A stretch of 64,000 bases of DNA from an uncultured Methanosarcinales archaeon (GTDB taxonomy: Archaea; Nanobdellota; Nanobdellia; Woesearchaeales; GCA-2686295). How positions within the stretch are numbered: position 1 is the first letter of the stretch; each line of letters begins with the position of its first letter. Positions 36,425 to 46,247 of the stretch are shown here, piece after piece. Where the stretch lies: assembly GCA_964402995.1 (NCBI GenBank), contig CAYOEA010000009.1:4974-68973 (forward strand), read 5' to 3'. Both the position numbers and the translations under genes were made by a program. Below the pieces are notes generated by a model, which worked only from the letters and a program-made list of their open reading frames with translations, made no database searches and had not been told where the DNA came from.

Positions 36425-37870
36425 TTATTTTTTTAAATTTCTCTGCAGAAACATCATCACTGTCTTTCCTTCTACTTGTCCTTTAAACTTTGCCATCACT
36501 TGACCCATGAGTGCGCCAACCGGTGCATTAGGACTTTTATCCACTATCCTTTTTATTTCTTTCTCTAATTCTTCATCTGAAACTGTTTCAAATTTGCTAA
36601 AATCTAATTTTCCAGATTTTGAATACTCAACAAGAACTTCAATAGTCATTGATTTTGAAACTTTATCTTGTAAAATCGCAGTTAGCATTTCATCAGCCAC
36701 AGTTTCAAATTCAAGCGTTACTTCATATCGTTTTTTTAGTTCTTTTGGAATCGCAGTAAAACAATCCAACACATATTTTGATTCTATTTGTTTATATTTC
36801 TTAAAGTAATCTTCAAGATTTGTGCCGGTTTTATCTATATAACTTACTGCTTGTTTTGCATAATCAGAATTTAACTTATATTCTTTTTCAAATCTTACTT
36901 GTTTTTCATCTAACATTTCAACTTGTTCAAATGTAAAGTCTCCAACTATTATTGTTGGCACATCAGTTTCAGGATACATTCTTGCGCCACCTGGCATAGG
37001 TCTTAAAAATTTAGTTGTAAAATCTGGTTCTGCTCGCCTTACTTCCATTGCAACTTTTTCTCCTTTTGCAATTACTTCTTGTTGTCTTTTAATTTCATAA
37101 GCTACAACTTTTGGTATACTCTTTAAATCTTGAAATCCTTTTATCTCAGTTCGCGCACTACCCTTTATTGAAAGGTTTACGTCTTGTCTTATACTTCCAA
37201 TTCCTCGTTTGCAAGCACCTGTACTTCGAAGTATCATCCCGATTCTTGCAGCTGCTTTTTGACATTCTTCTGCATCTCTTATATCTGGCGCGGTTGCGAT
37301 TTCAAGTAATGGAATTCCTAGTCTTGATATATTATAAGTGTCATGATCAGTTGTTCGACTAATTACTTGACATGCTTCTTCTTCTAAGAAAACTCCTAAA
37401 ATTCCAACTTTATGTCCTTCAACATCAATCCAACCATTTAGTCCAATAATTGCTGTTCTTTGAAATCCTGAAACATTTGATCCATCAACAACAGTTTTTC
37501 TCATGAATTGTATTTTATTTACAATTTCACAATTCATCATTTTAGCGACTTGTAATGCTGTTTTTAATGAATCTTGATTCACATTTCGTGGAGGTTCTTC
37601 ATCCATTTCCACTAAACAATTTATATCTTCATATCCTTGATAAGTAAAGAGTTTTGCTTTTTTCTGTTCATGTGTTGCTGCAATATCTACTTTTCCACTT
37701 TCTCCTGCAGCAGCTCTAAGTCTTCTATCAAAACTAAAGTCAGCTTTGTCTTTTCTAATTTCTGTTGGACAATTACAAAATAATTTTTTACCTTCTAACT
37801 GCTGATGTATTTCAATTCCGCATTTGAATCCGATTTTTTTATATTCTGATTTATCCATCTTGTTTATCAC
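36425..37870 (-). CDS. gatE: Glu-tRNA(Gln) amidotransferase subunit E (short form)
   Basis: GIEIHQQL..KKLFC.CP, CLVEMDEEPP, DGSNVSGFQRT, RGIGSIRQDVN.SI, RPMPGGARMYPETD. Confidence 0.95.
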   Translation of the reverse strand: MINKMDKSEYKKIGFKCGIEIHQQLEGKKLFCNCPTEIRKDKADFSFDRRLRAAAGESGKVDIAATHEQKKAKLFTYQGYEDINCLVEMDEEPPRNVNQDSLKTALQVAKMMNCEIVNKIQFMRKTVVDGSNVSGFQRTAIIGLNGWIDVEGHKVGILGVFLEEEACQVISRTTDHDTYNISRLGIPLLEIATAPDIRDAEECQKAAARIGMILRSTGACKRGIGSIRQDVNLSIKGSARTEIKGFQDLKSIPKVVAYEIKRQQEVIAKGEKVAMEVRRAEPDFTTKFLRPMPGGARMYPETDVPTIIVGDFTFEQVEMLDEKQVRFEKEYKLNSDYAKQAVSYIDKTGTNLEDYFKKYKQIESKYVLDCFTAIPKELKKRYEVTLEFETVADEMLTAILQDKVSKSMTIEVLVEYSKSGKLDFSKFETVSDEELEKEIKRIVDKSPNAPVGALMGQVMAKFKGQVEGKTVMMFLQRNLKK

Positions 37871-37876
37871 ATCAAT

Positions 37877-39160
37877 TTAATTTAGAAAAGTATTCTCTTC
37901 TGTTCTATCAGTTATTTCTCCACGTAAGTTTTCAGAAATATTTTCTTTAACATCAATTCCATTTGATAATAACCATGCTAACTTTACAAAAGTTGTTTCT
38001 GGCGTCATATCGTGAAGATTGCCAAGTATTCCTAATGCAATATTAGTTCTTCCTTCCGAATAAACATTCATATTTACTCGACCGCTTATACATTGCGATG
38101 CCATTACTACTGGAATTTTTGTGGTTAATTCTTTTATAACTTTCAAAATTTTTGCACTTTCTTTTGTATAATCATCAACCACGGAATTTGGTAATTGTCC
38201 AAGGCCAGTTCCTTCTACGACTAATCCATCAAATCCTTTGTAAACTGTGAATTCTTCCGCATACATATTTGTATGTGCTTTTAATAAACCAACTTTTAAA
38301 TCTTCTTTAAATAATTTTAATTTTAATTTTGCATCTGAAATTTTCCCTGAAAAATTACTTATCAAGTCAATTTTCTTTGTTTCAAAATTTACTCTTGCAT
38401 AAGCTGAAGTATTAATTGGCAAAAATGCATTTCTTCTTGAAGTGTGCATTTTTCTAATCTTTGTTGCAGGCATAATTACACAATTATTATCATCTGTTTT
38501 TTCATGCATACAAACTCCAACTCCTGCAAAGTCAGTATTTACTATGAATTCTGCAGCGCAAGTTAAATTCATTGCAGCATCACTACTTCCTCTATCGGAT
38601 GATCTTTGCGATCCTACAATTATTACTGGTAAATTTAATCCTTCTAAAATAAATGCAAGGGCAGCTGATGTATAATGAAGTGTGTCAGTTCCATGAGTTA
38701 TGATTATTCCATCAACTCCTTTCTTTACTTCTTTTTCTACAGCTTTTGCAATGATATTATAATGTGCAAATCGCATATTCTCTGACATCATTTGCGCAAC
38801 TAATTTTGAATCTATATTTGCAATTTCTTTTAATTCTGGAAATAAATTAATTAATTCACTTGGAGAAAATTTTGCAGTTACTCCTCCTGTTTCATAATCT
38901 ACCTTTGAAGCTACAGTTCCTCCGCAGTGTAATATAGAAATTGTTTTCTTTTTTGAATCGACTTTAACATCTTTAATAGATATTTTGTTTGACTTTGCTT
39001 TTTCTAAAACTTTAATTTCTTTTACTTTCTTTTTATCAATACCAATATTGTACCCACTTGAAAGCTTTAAATCCAAATATCCAACTTTATCTTCAGGCAT
39101 TAAAATACCTTCAAACTCACCAGTTTTTAGAATAATCTTTACTTTATCTCCAAAGTTCAT
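37877..39160 (-). CDS. gatD: Glu-tRNA(Gln) amidotransferase subunit D
   Basis: N-terminal domain with LKLSSGYNIG, GGTVASKVDYETG, HGTDTL, GSQRSSDRGSSD, KMHTSRR. Confidence 0.97.
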   Translation of the reverse strand: MNFGDKVKIILKTGEFEGILMPEDKVGYLDLKLSSGYNIGIDKKKVKEIKVLEKAKSNKISIKDVKVDSKKKTISILHCGGTVASKVDYETGGVTAKFSPSELINLFPELKEIANIDSKLVAQMMSENMRFAHYNIIAKAVEKEVKKGVDGIIITHGTDTLHYTSAALAFILEGLNLPVIIVGSQRSSDRGSSDAAMNLTCAAEFIVNTDFAGVGVCMHEKTDDNNCVIMPATKIRKMHTSRRNAFLPINTSAYARVNFETKKIDLISNFSGKISDAKLKLKLFKEDLKVGLLKAHTNMYAEEFTVYKGFDGLVVEGTGLGQLPNSVVDDYTKESAKILKVIKELTTKIPVVMASQCISGRVNMNVYSEGRTNIALGILGNLHDMTPETTFVKLAWLLSNGIDVKENISENLRGEITDRTEENTFLN

Positions 39161-39220
39161 TGTTTTGATAAAGAATACCTGTTTAAAAAATTTTTGTAAA
39201 GAATTGATTTATTTCAAAAA

Positions 39221-39730
39221 TTATACTGTTTGAATTTTAGTTCTTGATTTACATATTTTAGCCCATGATTCTTGAAATAATTGACCTGCAATATGAAATT
39301 CTTTAGAAGAAGTCTTAAATTTCTCAACTAAATCAGATTTATTATTTAAACTAAGTTTTAATTCACCTTGTGCAGAAAGTTCTTTTCCTGTATAATGCAT
39401 AAAAGAAGCCAAAGCATCATAAGATAAATTTCCAACATTATATGCTAATAATGATATATTATACTCAATAGTTAATATTTTACTTCCAGTTTTAAAAACA
39501 GATAAGCTTTCTGCTGCAGAATAAATATGTTCTGAAGCTTGATAAAGTATAGATGATAATTCAAATCGTTCGTTTAACTCATCATTTTTTGCTTGTTTTG
39601 ATATATCATCAGCTAAAAATAAACTAAATTCTGCAATTTGATAAGTCGGAGTTACAAGTTTTTTAGCTAAAATAGAAATGCCTTTATTATAACCCAAAAC
39701 CTGATTTGGGTGTTCTGAAAAAATCGCCAT
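39221..39730 (-). CDS. Hypothetical protein
   Basis: 169-aa ORF between cdc48 and gatD. Confidence 0.5.
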   Translation of the reverse strand: MAIFSEHPNQVLGYNKGISILAKKLVTPTYQIAEFSLFLADDISKQAKNDELNERFELSSILYQASEHIYSAAESLSVFKTGSKILTIEYNISLLAYNVGNLSYDALASFMHYTGKELSAQGELKLSLNNKSDLVEKFKTSSKEFHIAGQLFQESWAKICKSRTKIQTV

Positions 39731-39750
39731 TTTAAAAATAAAAAATTAAA

Positions 39751-42297
39751 TTAACCGTAGTAAGCAGGTTTATCATTTTGCATTTCTTTTGCTTTCGCAC
39801 TTGAAAACTTATCTTTAAGACTTGCATATTCTGCTTCAATTTCCTTTGTCACTGAGGGTCTTACTTTATCAATGGCTTCTTCAAAATATTTCATAGAAAT
39901 TGATTTTGATTTCATGTCATTTCTTAATGCTAAAATCCCTGCTTCTCTACATATTGATTGTATATCTGCTCCAACATAATTTTCTGTTTTTGCAACTAAT
40001 GAAGAAATATCTACATCTGCTTCTAAAGGCATCTTTTTTGTATGAACTTCAAAGATTTTCTTTCTTGATGGCGCATCAGGCGCTGGAGTAAGTACAATTC
40101 TATCAAATCTTCCAGGTCTAAGAAGTGCAGTATCTAAAATATCAGGTCTATTTGTTGCAGCAATTATTACTACATCATTTAGTTCTTGTAATCCATCCAT
40201 TTCAGTTAGTAATTGATTTACAACTCGCTCATTCACTTTTGAATCTGATCCAGCATTTCTTTTACTTGCCATCGCATCTATTTCATCAAAAAATATTATT
40301 GATGGTGAAGCTTGTCTTGCTTTTTCAAAAATCTTTCGAACAGCTTTTTCTGATTCTCCAACCCATTTACTTAATAATTCTGGACCTTTAACTAAAATAA
40401 AATTTGCTTCTGATTCATTTGCAATTGCTTTTGCCATCATAGTCTTTCCAGTTCCTGGAGCACCATAAATTAAAACTCCTCTTGGTGGTTTAATTCCAAG
40501 TTGCTTAAATGCAGATGGATTTTTTAATGGCCATTCTACTGCTTCAATTAATTCTTGTTTTACAGCTTCAAGTCCACCAATATCATCCCATTTTACATTT
40601 GGAACTTCGATTAACACTTCTCTCATAGCACTTGGTCTTACTGATTTTAACGCATGTTTGAAATCATCAGCTGTTATTTTTAATTTTTCAAGTACTTCTT
40701 GAGGAATTGACTCTTCTTCTAGATTTAAGTCAGGTAAAAGTCTTCTTAGAACTATCATTGCAGCTTCTTTTGCAAGAGCTGATAAATCTGCACCTACAAA
40801 TCCATGTGTAATATTTGCAATTTCAGATAATGAATCTTCTAATAATAAAGAGTCTAGTTTTGCTTTCTCAGCATTATCTAAATGGTTCTTTTCAACACCA
40901 GTCATAATTGGTTCAAATTTCTTTGGATCAATTTCATCTAATTTTTTCAAAGCACCATTAAGAACTTCTTCTTGTTTCCCAAGATTTTTTCTCTTTGGTT
41001 CTGAAGGATTAGTTTGTGCTTCTAACTCTTTGAGATCATATTTAATTCTGTTTAAGTCTTTTTTAACTAATAATTTTGTATTATTCAAATTATATTCAGG
41101 AGTAATTGGCATATTTCTTGTATGAATTTTCATAATTGATAATCTGCCTTCTTTTTGTGGAACTCCAATTTCTAATTCTCTATCAAATCTTCCTGGTCTT
41201 CTAAGAGCAGGATCTAGTGAGTTTGGAATATTTGTTGCTGCAATTACTACTACTTTTCCTCGACTTTTTAGTCCGTCCATTAAAGCAAGCATTTGTGCTA
41301 CAACTCTTCTTTCAACTTCTCCTTTACTCTCTTCTCTCTTTGAAGCAATTGCATCAATTTCATCAATGAAAATTATACTTGGCGCATTCTTTTCTGCTTC
41401 GTCAAATTTCTTTCGAAGATTTTCTTCACTCTGACCATAATATTTACTCATAATTTCAGGTCCATTAATTACTGAGAAGTTTGCATTTGTTTCATTTGCT
41501 ACTGCTTTTGCAAGTAATGTTTTTCCTGTTCCTGGAGGTCCATGTAATAAAACTCCTTTTGGAGGTTCAATTCCAAGTCTTTCAAAAACTTCAGGATGCT
41601 TCAAAGGAAGTTCTACCATTTCTCTAACTTTTTTAATCTCAGAATCTAATCCACCAACATCTTCATAAGAAATATCTAATAATGACTCATCATCACTTGA
41701 TTCTTGTGCTTCAGGATTATATTCTATAATTGTATGTTCTGTTATTAATACAGGTTGCTTTGGTTGTGCATCAACCACTAAGAATTTTATATCTCCAAGA
41801 CCAAATCCAGCCATAGTTTCTCCAAGCATTGAAAAAACATCGTCATACATTGGATTTCCAACCATGGTATTTCTTCGTCTTTTTGTTCCACCAAGTGAAA
41901 CAATATCGCCTTTCACTATTGCTCGACCTAATAATCCTTGTTTGAATACTTCTGCGCTTGCTTTTATTACAACACCTTTTCTTGCAGGTGCAATTATGAT
42001 CTTTTTAGCTTCTTTTACATCAGCTTTTCTTATTTCGACATGTTCTCCAATAGTTGTTTTTCCATTTCGTCTAACTAAGCCATCCATTCGAATTATATTT
42101 AATCCAATATCTCCTGGTAATGATCTGTCGGTTATGGCTACAGTTGTTCGTTCACCCTTAATCTCAACAATATTTCCAGGTCTAATATCTAAATCCCTCA
42201 TAAATGAAGTATCTATTCTAACGATTCCTTTGTTGACATCTTCTTGAATTGCTTCTGCGACTTTTAATTTAACAACCAGTTTGTTCACCTCGAACAA
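39751..42297 (-). CDS. cdc48: CDC48/VAT family AAA+ ATPase
   Basis: N-domain; D1 [22 protein letters not shown]; D2 [19 protein letters not shown]; true start may be GTG at 42288. Confidence 0.98.
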   Translation of the reverse strand: MFEVNKLVVKLKVAEAIQEDVNKGIVRIDTSFMRDLDIRPGNIVEIKGERTTVAITDRSLPGDIGLNIIRMDGLVRRNGKTTIGEHVEIRKADVKEAKKIIIAPARKGVVIKASAEVFKQGLLGRAIVKGDIVSLGGTKRRRNTMVGNPMYDDVFSMLGETMAGFGLGDIKFLVVDAQPKQPVLITEHTIIEYNPEAQESSDDESLLDISYEDVGGLDSEIKKVREMVELPLKHPEVFERLGIEPPKGVLLHGPPGTGKTLLAKAVANETNANFSVINGPEIMSKYYGQSEENLRKKFDEAEKNAPSIIFIDEIDAIASKREESKGEVERRVVAQMLALMDGLKSRGKVVVIAATNIPNSLDPALRRPGRFDRELEIGVPQKEGRLSIMKIHTRNMPITPEYNLNNTKLLVKKDLNRIKYDLKELEAQTNPSEPKRKNLGKQEEVLNGALKKLDEIDPKKFEPIMTGVEKNHLDNAEKAKLDSLLLEDSLSEIANITHGFVGADLSALAKEAAMIVLRRLLPDLNLEEESIPQEVLEKLKITADDFKHALKSVRPSAMREVLIEVPNVKWDDIGGLEAVKQELIEAVEWPLKNPSAFKQLGIKPPRGVLIYGAPGTGKTMMAKAIANESEANFILVKGPELLSKWVGESEKAVRKIFEKARQASPSIIFFDEIDAMASKRNAGSDSKVNERVVNQLLTEMDGLQELNDVVIIAATNRPDILDTALLRPGRFDRIVLTPAPDAPSRKKIFEVHTKKMPLEADVDISSLVAKTENYVGADIQSICREAGILALRNDMKSKSISMKYFEEAIDKVRPSVTKEIEAEYASLKDKFSSAKAKEMQNDKPAYYG

Positions 42298-42363
42298 TAT
42301 TTATATCATAATTTTAGTAATTTAAAAAAAATAATTTAGAAGAAAAAAATTAAACTAAAAGTT

Positions 42364-42780
42364 TTACTTAACTTTTGGCATAGGTATTGGTGCAGGAAGA
42401 TTTACATCTCTTGAAAGCACAACAGATTGTACATTACATCTACTTAATATTTGATTCATTAAAGAAGTTGTAAATGTGCCTGTAAGCTTTTTATCCTTAT
42501 TCCAAGTATCTATAGTTTCAGTTACAACTTTTGCATCTGCTACAAATAGAATTTCACCATCAAGGTCAATTGTTCCTACTCCAGGTTCATACTTTACTGA
42601 ATAGGTAAATTCGAATTTCATTGCAGATCTTTTTGCATCAACTGCAAGCTTTGCTTCTGAAATGTTTTTGATTAAAACATTGTTCTTCACATCAACTTTG
42701 CCTTTCATTGGCTTGTTTTTCTGAACACACATTTTTATAAAATTGAAGTTTACTATAGTCATAATACCACCTGTCAACAA
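42364..42780 (-). CDS. Hypothetical beta-rich archaeal protein
   Basis: 138-aa ORF upstream of cdc48; alternating beta pattern plus C-terminal helix and LPAPIP. Confidence 0.7.
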   Translation of the reverse strand: MLTGGIMTIVNFNFIKMCVQKNKPMKGKVDVKNNVLIKNISEAKLAVDAKRSAMKFEFTYSVKYEPGVGTIDLDGEILFVADAKVVTETIDTWNKDKKLTGTFTTSLMNQILSRCNVQSVVLSRDVNLPAPIPMPKVK

Positions 42781-42882
42781 AGATAGAGATTTTATTTATA
42801 AAGTTTTGTGTACTCTTCCACCATAAAAATTTCAAAATATTTATATAAGAAATATGCTTTCTTTTGTCTATGAACATAAAAA

Positions 42883-42962
42883 GTGATTACGCGTGGCTTT
42901 AACTTTCTTTTCTTAATAGATTTCTCTATATTAAATTTAATTGGTGATTACGCGTGGCTTTA
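42883..42962 (+). promoter_or_regulatory. Two identical 19-bp direct repeats upstream of trpB
   Basis: GTGATTACGCGTGGCTTTA at 42883-42901 and 42944-42962; first copy lies in uORF MNIKSDYAWL* (42870-42902). Confidence 0.6.
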
Positions 42963-43118
42963 GCTATATAAAATTTAATCTCATCAACTTATGTCATCTT
43001 ATATTTAGAGTTTCTAATGGATTATGGCACCTGACTTCCAAAATTCTAGTTTGTAGTCTATTAACCAAAGACTATTGATCAAAATAATTCAAAAAACTAA
43101 ATTCGGAGGTGGATTACT

Positions 43119-44360
43119 ATGTCCATTGAAACTAAAAATAAAATAAATACAATTAATAAAATTAATCAAACACAACAAACATACAACTACCCAAATTCAG
43201 AAGGTTTTTTTGGAGAGTTTGGAGGGAGTTTTATTCCGCCACAGCTCTCGCCTTTATTAGATGAACTTGCACAAGAATTCGAAGATGCAAAGAATGATGA
43301 AGATTTCATAATTGAATATGTCAGTCTTCTAAAGGATTTTATTGGTCGACCATCACCACTTTATCTTGCAAGTAATTTAAGCAAAGAAGTTGGTTGTAAA
43401 GTTTATCTTAAACGTGAGGATTTAAACCATACTGGGGCTCATAAAATCAATAACACTATTGGTCAAGCTCTTCTTGCAAAACGTATGGGAAAAAAGAAAA
43501 TCATAGCAGAAACTGGAGCAGGTCAACATGGAGTTGCAACTGCTACAGCAGCTGCTCTTCTTGGCATGGAATGTGAAATTTTCATGGGCGAGATTGATGT
43601 AAAAAAACAAGCAGTTAATCTTGCTAGAATGCAAATTCTTGGTGCAAAAGTCAACATTGTAAGTTCTGGAGGAAGATGTCTTAAAGATGCAGTTGATCAA
43701 GCCTTAAGTTTTTACATTCAAAATCCTGACGTATTTTATTTGCTTGGATCAGTTGTTGGACCAAAACCTTATCCTGAAATGGTTCGTTTTTTCCAAAAAA
43801 TAATTGGAAAAGAAGCTAGAAAACAAATTTTAGAGAAAGAAGGAAAACTCCCAACTCATCTGATTGCTTGTGTTGGTGGTGGCAGTAATGCTATTGGTTT
43901 ATTCTTTGATTTCATAAAAGACTCAAGCACTAAATTAATAGCAGTTGAACCTAGCGGTAAAAATTTTAAGCCTGGAAATCATGCAGCAACATTAACTCTT
44001 GGATCGACAGGTACAATCCATGGTTTTAGATGCACTCTTCTCCAAGACAAAGAAGGAAATCCCCTTCCTGTTCATTCGATTGCTTCAGGTTTAGATTATC
44101 CTGGTGTTGGTCCAGAGCATTGCCTTCTAAAAGAACTTGGCAGACTTGATGTTTTAACTGTCAGCGACAAAGAAGCTTTAGATGCATTTTACAAACTTAG
44201 TCAAATTGAAGGAATAACTCCTGCTCTTGAAAGTAGCCATGCTATTGCAGGACTTTTCAAGCTTGAAAATTTAGATAAAGATTCAATTATCATTCTTAAT
44301 TTGTCGGGTCGAGGAGATAAAGATGTTGAATTTGTAGCTGCATTAAACAAAACACAATAA
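43119..44360 (+). CDS. trpB: Tryptophan synthase beta chain (TrpB1 type)
   Basis: LKREDLNHTGAHKINN, AETGAGQHG, CVGGGSNAIG, SGLDYPGVGPEH, NLSGRGDKD; GGAGGT SD. Confidence 0.98.
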   Translation: MSIETKNKINTINKINQTQQTYNYPNSEGFFGEFGGSFIPPQLSPLLDELAQEFEDAKNDEDFIIEYVSLLKDFIGRPSPLYLASNLSKEVGCKVYLKREDLNHTGAHKINNTIGQALLAKRMGKKKIIAETGAGQHGVATATAAALLGMECEIFMGEIDVKKQAVNLARMQILGAKVNIVSSGGRCLKDAVDQALSFYIQNPDVFYLLGSVVGPKPYPEMVRFFQKIIGKEARKQILEKEGKLPTHLIACVGGGSNAIGLFFDFIKDSSTKLIAVEPSGKNFKPGNHAATLTLGSTGTIHGFRCTLLQDKEGNPLPVHSIASGLDYPGVGPEHCLLKELGRLDVLTVSDKEALDAFYKLSQIEGITPALESSHAIAGLFKLENLDKDSIIILNLSGRGDKDVEFVAALNKTQ

Positions 44361-44366
44361 TTTATT

Positions 44367-44389
44367 TTTTTAGGGGTTTTCCCCAAAAA
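44367..44389. terminator. Hairpin between trpB and trpS
   Basis: TTTTT-A-GGGG-TTTT-CCCC-AAAAA. Confidence 0.4.
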
Positions 44390-44420
44390 GTTTAATAAGA
44401 ATAAATATTTAGGTGATAAA

Positions 44421-45509
44421 ATGGTAAAAATTATTGATCCTTACGGATCAGAACTAGTAGAAGATTATACTAAAGTAATCAAAGATTTTGGTTTAGATAC
44501 TTTTGATAAAACAAAGTTTCCAAATCCAAACAAAGCTATGCGAAGAGGAGTTGTTTTTGCAGGTAGAGGGTTAGATGTTATTTCAAAATGTATTAAAGAA
44601 AAAAAACCCTTTTATGCTCTTAGCGGTATTATGCCAACCAATGATACTATTCATCTTGGAACTAAATTAGTTGTTGAGAATCTTAGATACTTTCAAGAAC
44701 AAGGTGCAAAAGTTTACATCTTAGTTGCAGACTTAGAAGCACTTGCAGCACGTGGAGTCTCACTTGAAGAAGGAAAACGTAGAGCTATGGAATTTCACAT
44801 CCCTGCGTATATTGCTCTTGGTCTTGATCCTAAAAAAACAATATTCTATTTTCAATCTGAAAACAAGGATGTTATTCACTTTGCTTATCAAGCTTCAAGA
44901 AAAATTACTCTTAATGAATTCAAAGCAGTTTATGGAAATGCTGATCCAGGTAGAATTATGAGCGCTGTAACTCAAGTTGGAGATATTTTATTTCCTCAAA
45001 TGATTGAGCGTATGCCTGGAATTATCCCTGTTGGTATTGATCAAGAACCTCATATCCGTCTTTCGAGAGATGTTGTTAATCGTATGAAGAAACTTAAATT
45101 TTTCCCACCATGTTCATTATATCATAAATTCACACCCTCGCTTAATGGCAATGTTAAGATGTCAAAATCTAAACCTGAGTCTTGCATCAATATTCCTGAA
45201 GATATTGCAAAAGTCAAAAAGAAAATTATGCGTGCTCTTAGCGGTGGTCGTGAAACTCTTGAAGAACATAGAAAACTTGGAGCAATTGTTGAGAATGACA
45301 TGTCTTTTGAATTATTAAAACAACATTTTTTAGGAGATGATGCCGAACTTGACAAAATCTACGAGGAATATAGTAAAGGTAGAATGCTTTCTGGCGAAAT
45401 CAAAAAATTCACTGCAGAAAAAGCTGCAGAATTCATGGAAGACTTTGATAAAAAATTAAATGAAGCTAGAAAAATTGTTCATACACTTAATTTTGTGAAA
45501 TTTAAATAA
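44421..45509 (+). CDS. trpS: Tryptophanyl-tRNA synthetase (archaeal type)
   Basis: GIMPT..IHLG (HIGH-like), PVGIDQEPHIRL.RD, KMSKS, ALSGGRETLEEHR..G, LSGEIK. Confidence 0.95.
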   Translation: MVKIIDPYGSELVEDYTKVIKDFGLDTFDKTKFPNPNKAMRRGVVFAGRGLDVISKCIKEKKPFYALSGIMPTNDTIHLGTKLVVENLRYFQEQGAKVYILVADLEALAARGVSLEEGKRRAMEFHIPAYIALGLDPKKTIFYFQSENKDVIHFAYQASRKITLNEFKAVYGNADPGRIMSAVTQVGDILFPQMIERMPGIIPVGIDQEPHIRLSRDVVNRMKKLKFFPPCSLYHKFTPSLNGNVKMSKSKPESCINIPEDIAKVKKKIMRALSGGRETLEEHRKLGAIVENDMSFELLKQHFLGDDAELDKIYEEYSKGRMLSGEIKKFTAEKAAEFMEDFDKKLNEARKIVHTLNFVKFK

Positions 45510-45574
45510 TAGTAATAATTTCAAAAATTTTTTATACTACTAAACTAAATTATAATTTATCGAGGTGATTATAT

Positions 45575-45841
45575 ATGTTTAAAGTTGCACCATTACAAAG
45601 TAATTTCATGCTTGTAGCAATGTTTGGTTTCTTAATTACGGCTTATTACACTACACATCCTATTTTCAAATCTTGGGCGTGGTCTTTTATGATAATATTC
45701 ATAATTATGTTTATTGCGAGTATGATCAGCATGTCTAATGCTCCACTTACGCCAGAACACTTAGATAATTTGGCAATTCATGACAAAGATCATTTTAAGA
45801 AACGTAAAAAAGCTAAAACCAAAACTAAAGCTAAAAAATAA
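45575..45841 (+). CDS. Small two-TM hypothetical protein
   Basis: Two hydrophobic helices and a basic tail; GAGGTG SD. Confidence 0.7.
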   Translation: MFKVAPLQSNFMLVAMFGFLITAYYTTHPIFKSWAWSFMIIFIIMFIASMISMSNAPLTPEHLDNLAIHDKDHFKKRKKAKTKTKAKK

Positions 45842-45859
45842 ATTTAAAAATTTTTTTAT

Positions 45860-46165
45860 TTATTTATTTGAATACATTTCATCAAACTTATTTTTCGCTT
45901 TTGCTTCTTTCCAATAAACAGAATGACTTGCTCTTTTTTCAAATAATGAAATTGCTAGATTAATTATATCAGATTGATATTCTTTTAGATTCTTATCAGA
46001 AAAAAGTTTTTTTGCATCATCTATACATTCTTTCATTAAAATTAAATTCTCATTTCTACACTCACTTTCAGTCTTATTTTCTTCTTCATCTGAAAGATAA
46101 ATTTCTTCCCATCGAGGATAAGTGCTGTTCTCAAGTGTTCTTGGAAATGATTTTGAAAAAGCCAT
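45860..46165 (-). CDS. Hypothetical protein
   Basis: 101-aa ORF beginning MAFSKSFPR, ending SHSVYWKE motif. Confidence 0.7.
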   Translation of the reverse strand: MAFSKSFPRTLENSTYPRWEEIYLSDEEENKTESECRNENLILMKECIDDAKKLFSDKNLKEYQSDIINLAISLFEKRASHSVYWKEAKAKNKFDEMYSNK

Positions 46166-46247
46166 AATACATTCTTATTTCCCAGATTTATAAAGCTTTT
46201 TCAAAAATTTCAATAGAATTTCTGGAAAAGTCCCATGAATATTAGAT

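Noticed and set aside
40831-41106. Intein in CDC48
   Set aside because: No N-terminal Cys/Ser block, no C-terminal His-Asn, and too short.
42938-42960. T-box riboswitch upstream of trpB/trpS
   Set aside because: AATTGGTGATTACGCG resembles the T-box but lacks the UGGN that pairs with tRNA NCCA; no stem I or antiterminator found.
46177-46230. Origin recognition boxes (TTTTCCCAGA...TCTGGAAAA inverted repeat)
   Set aside because: Lacks the ORB core and G-string, and no cdc6/orc1 in the window.
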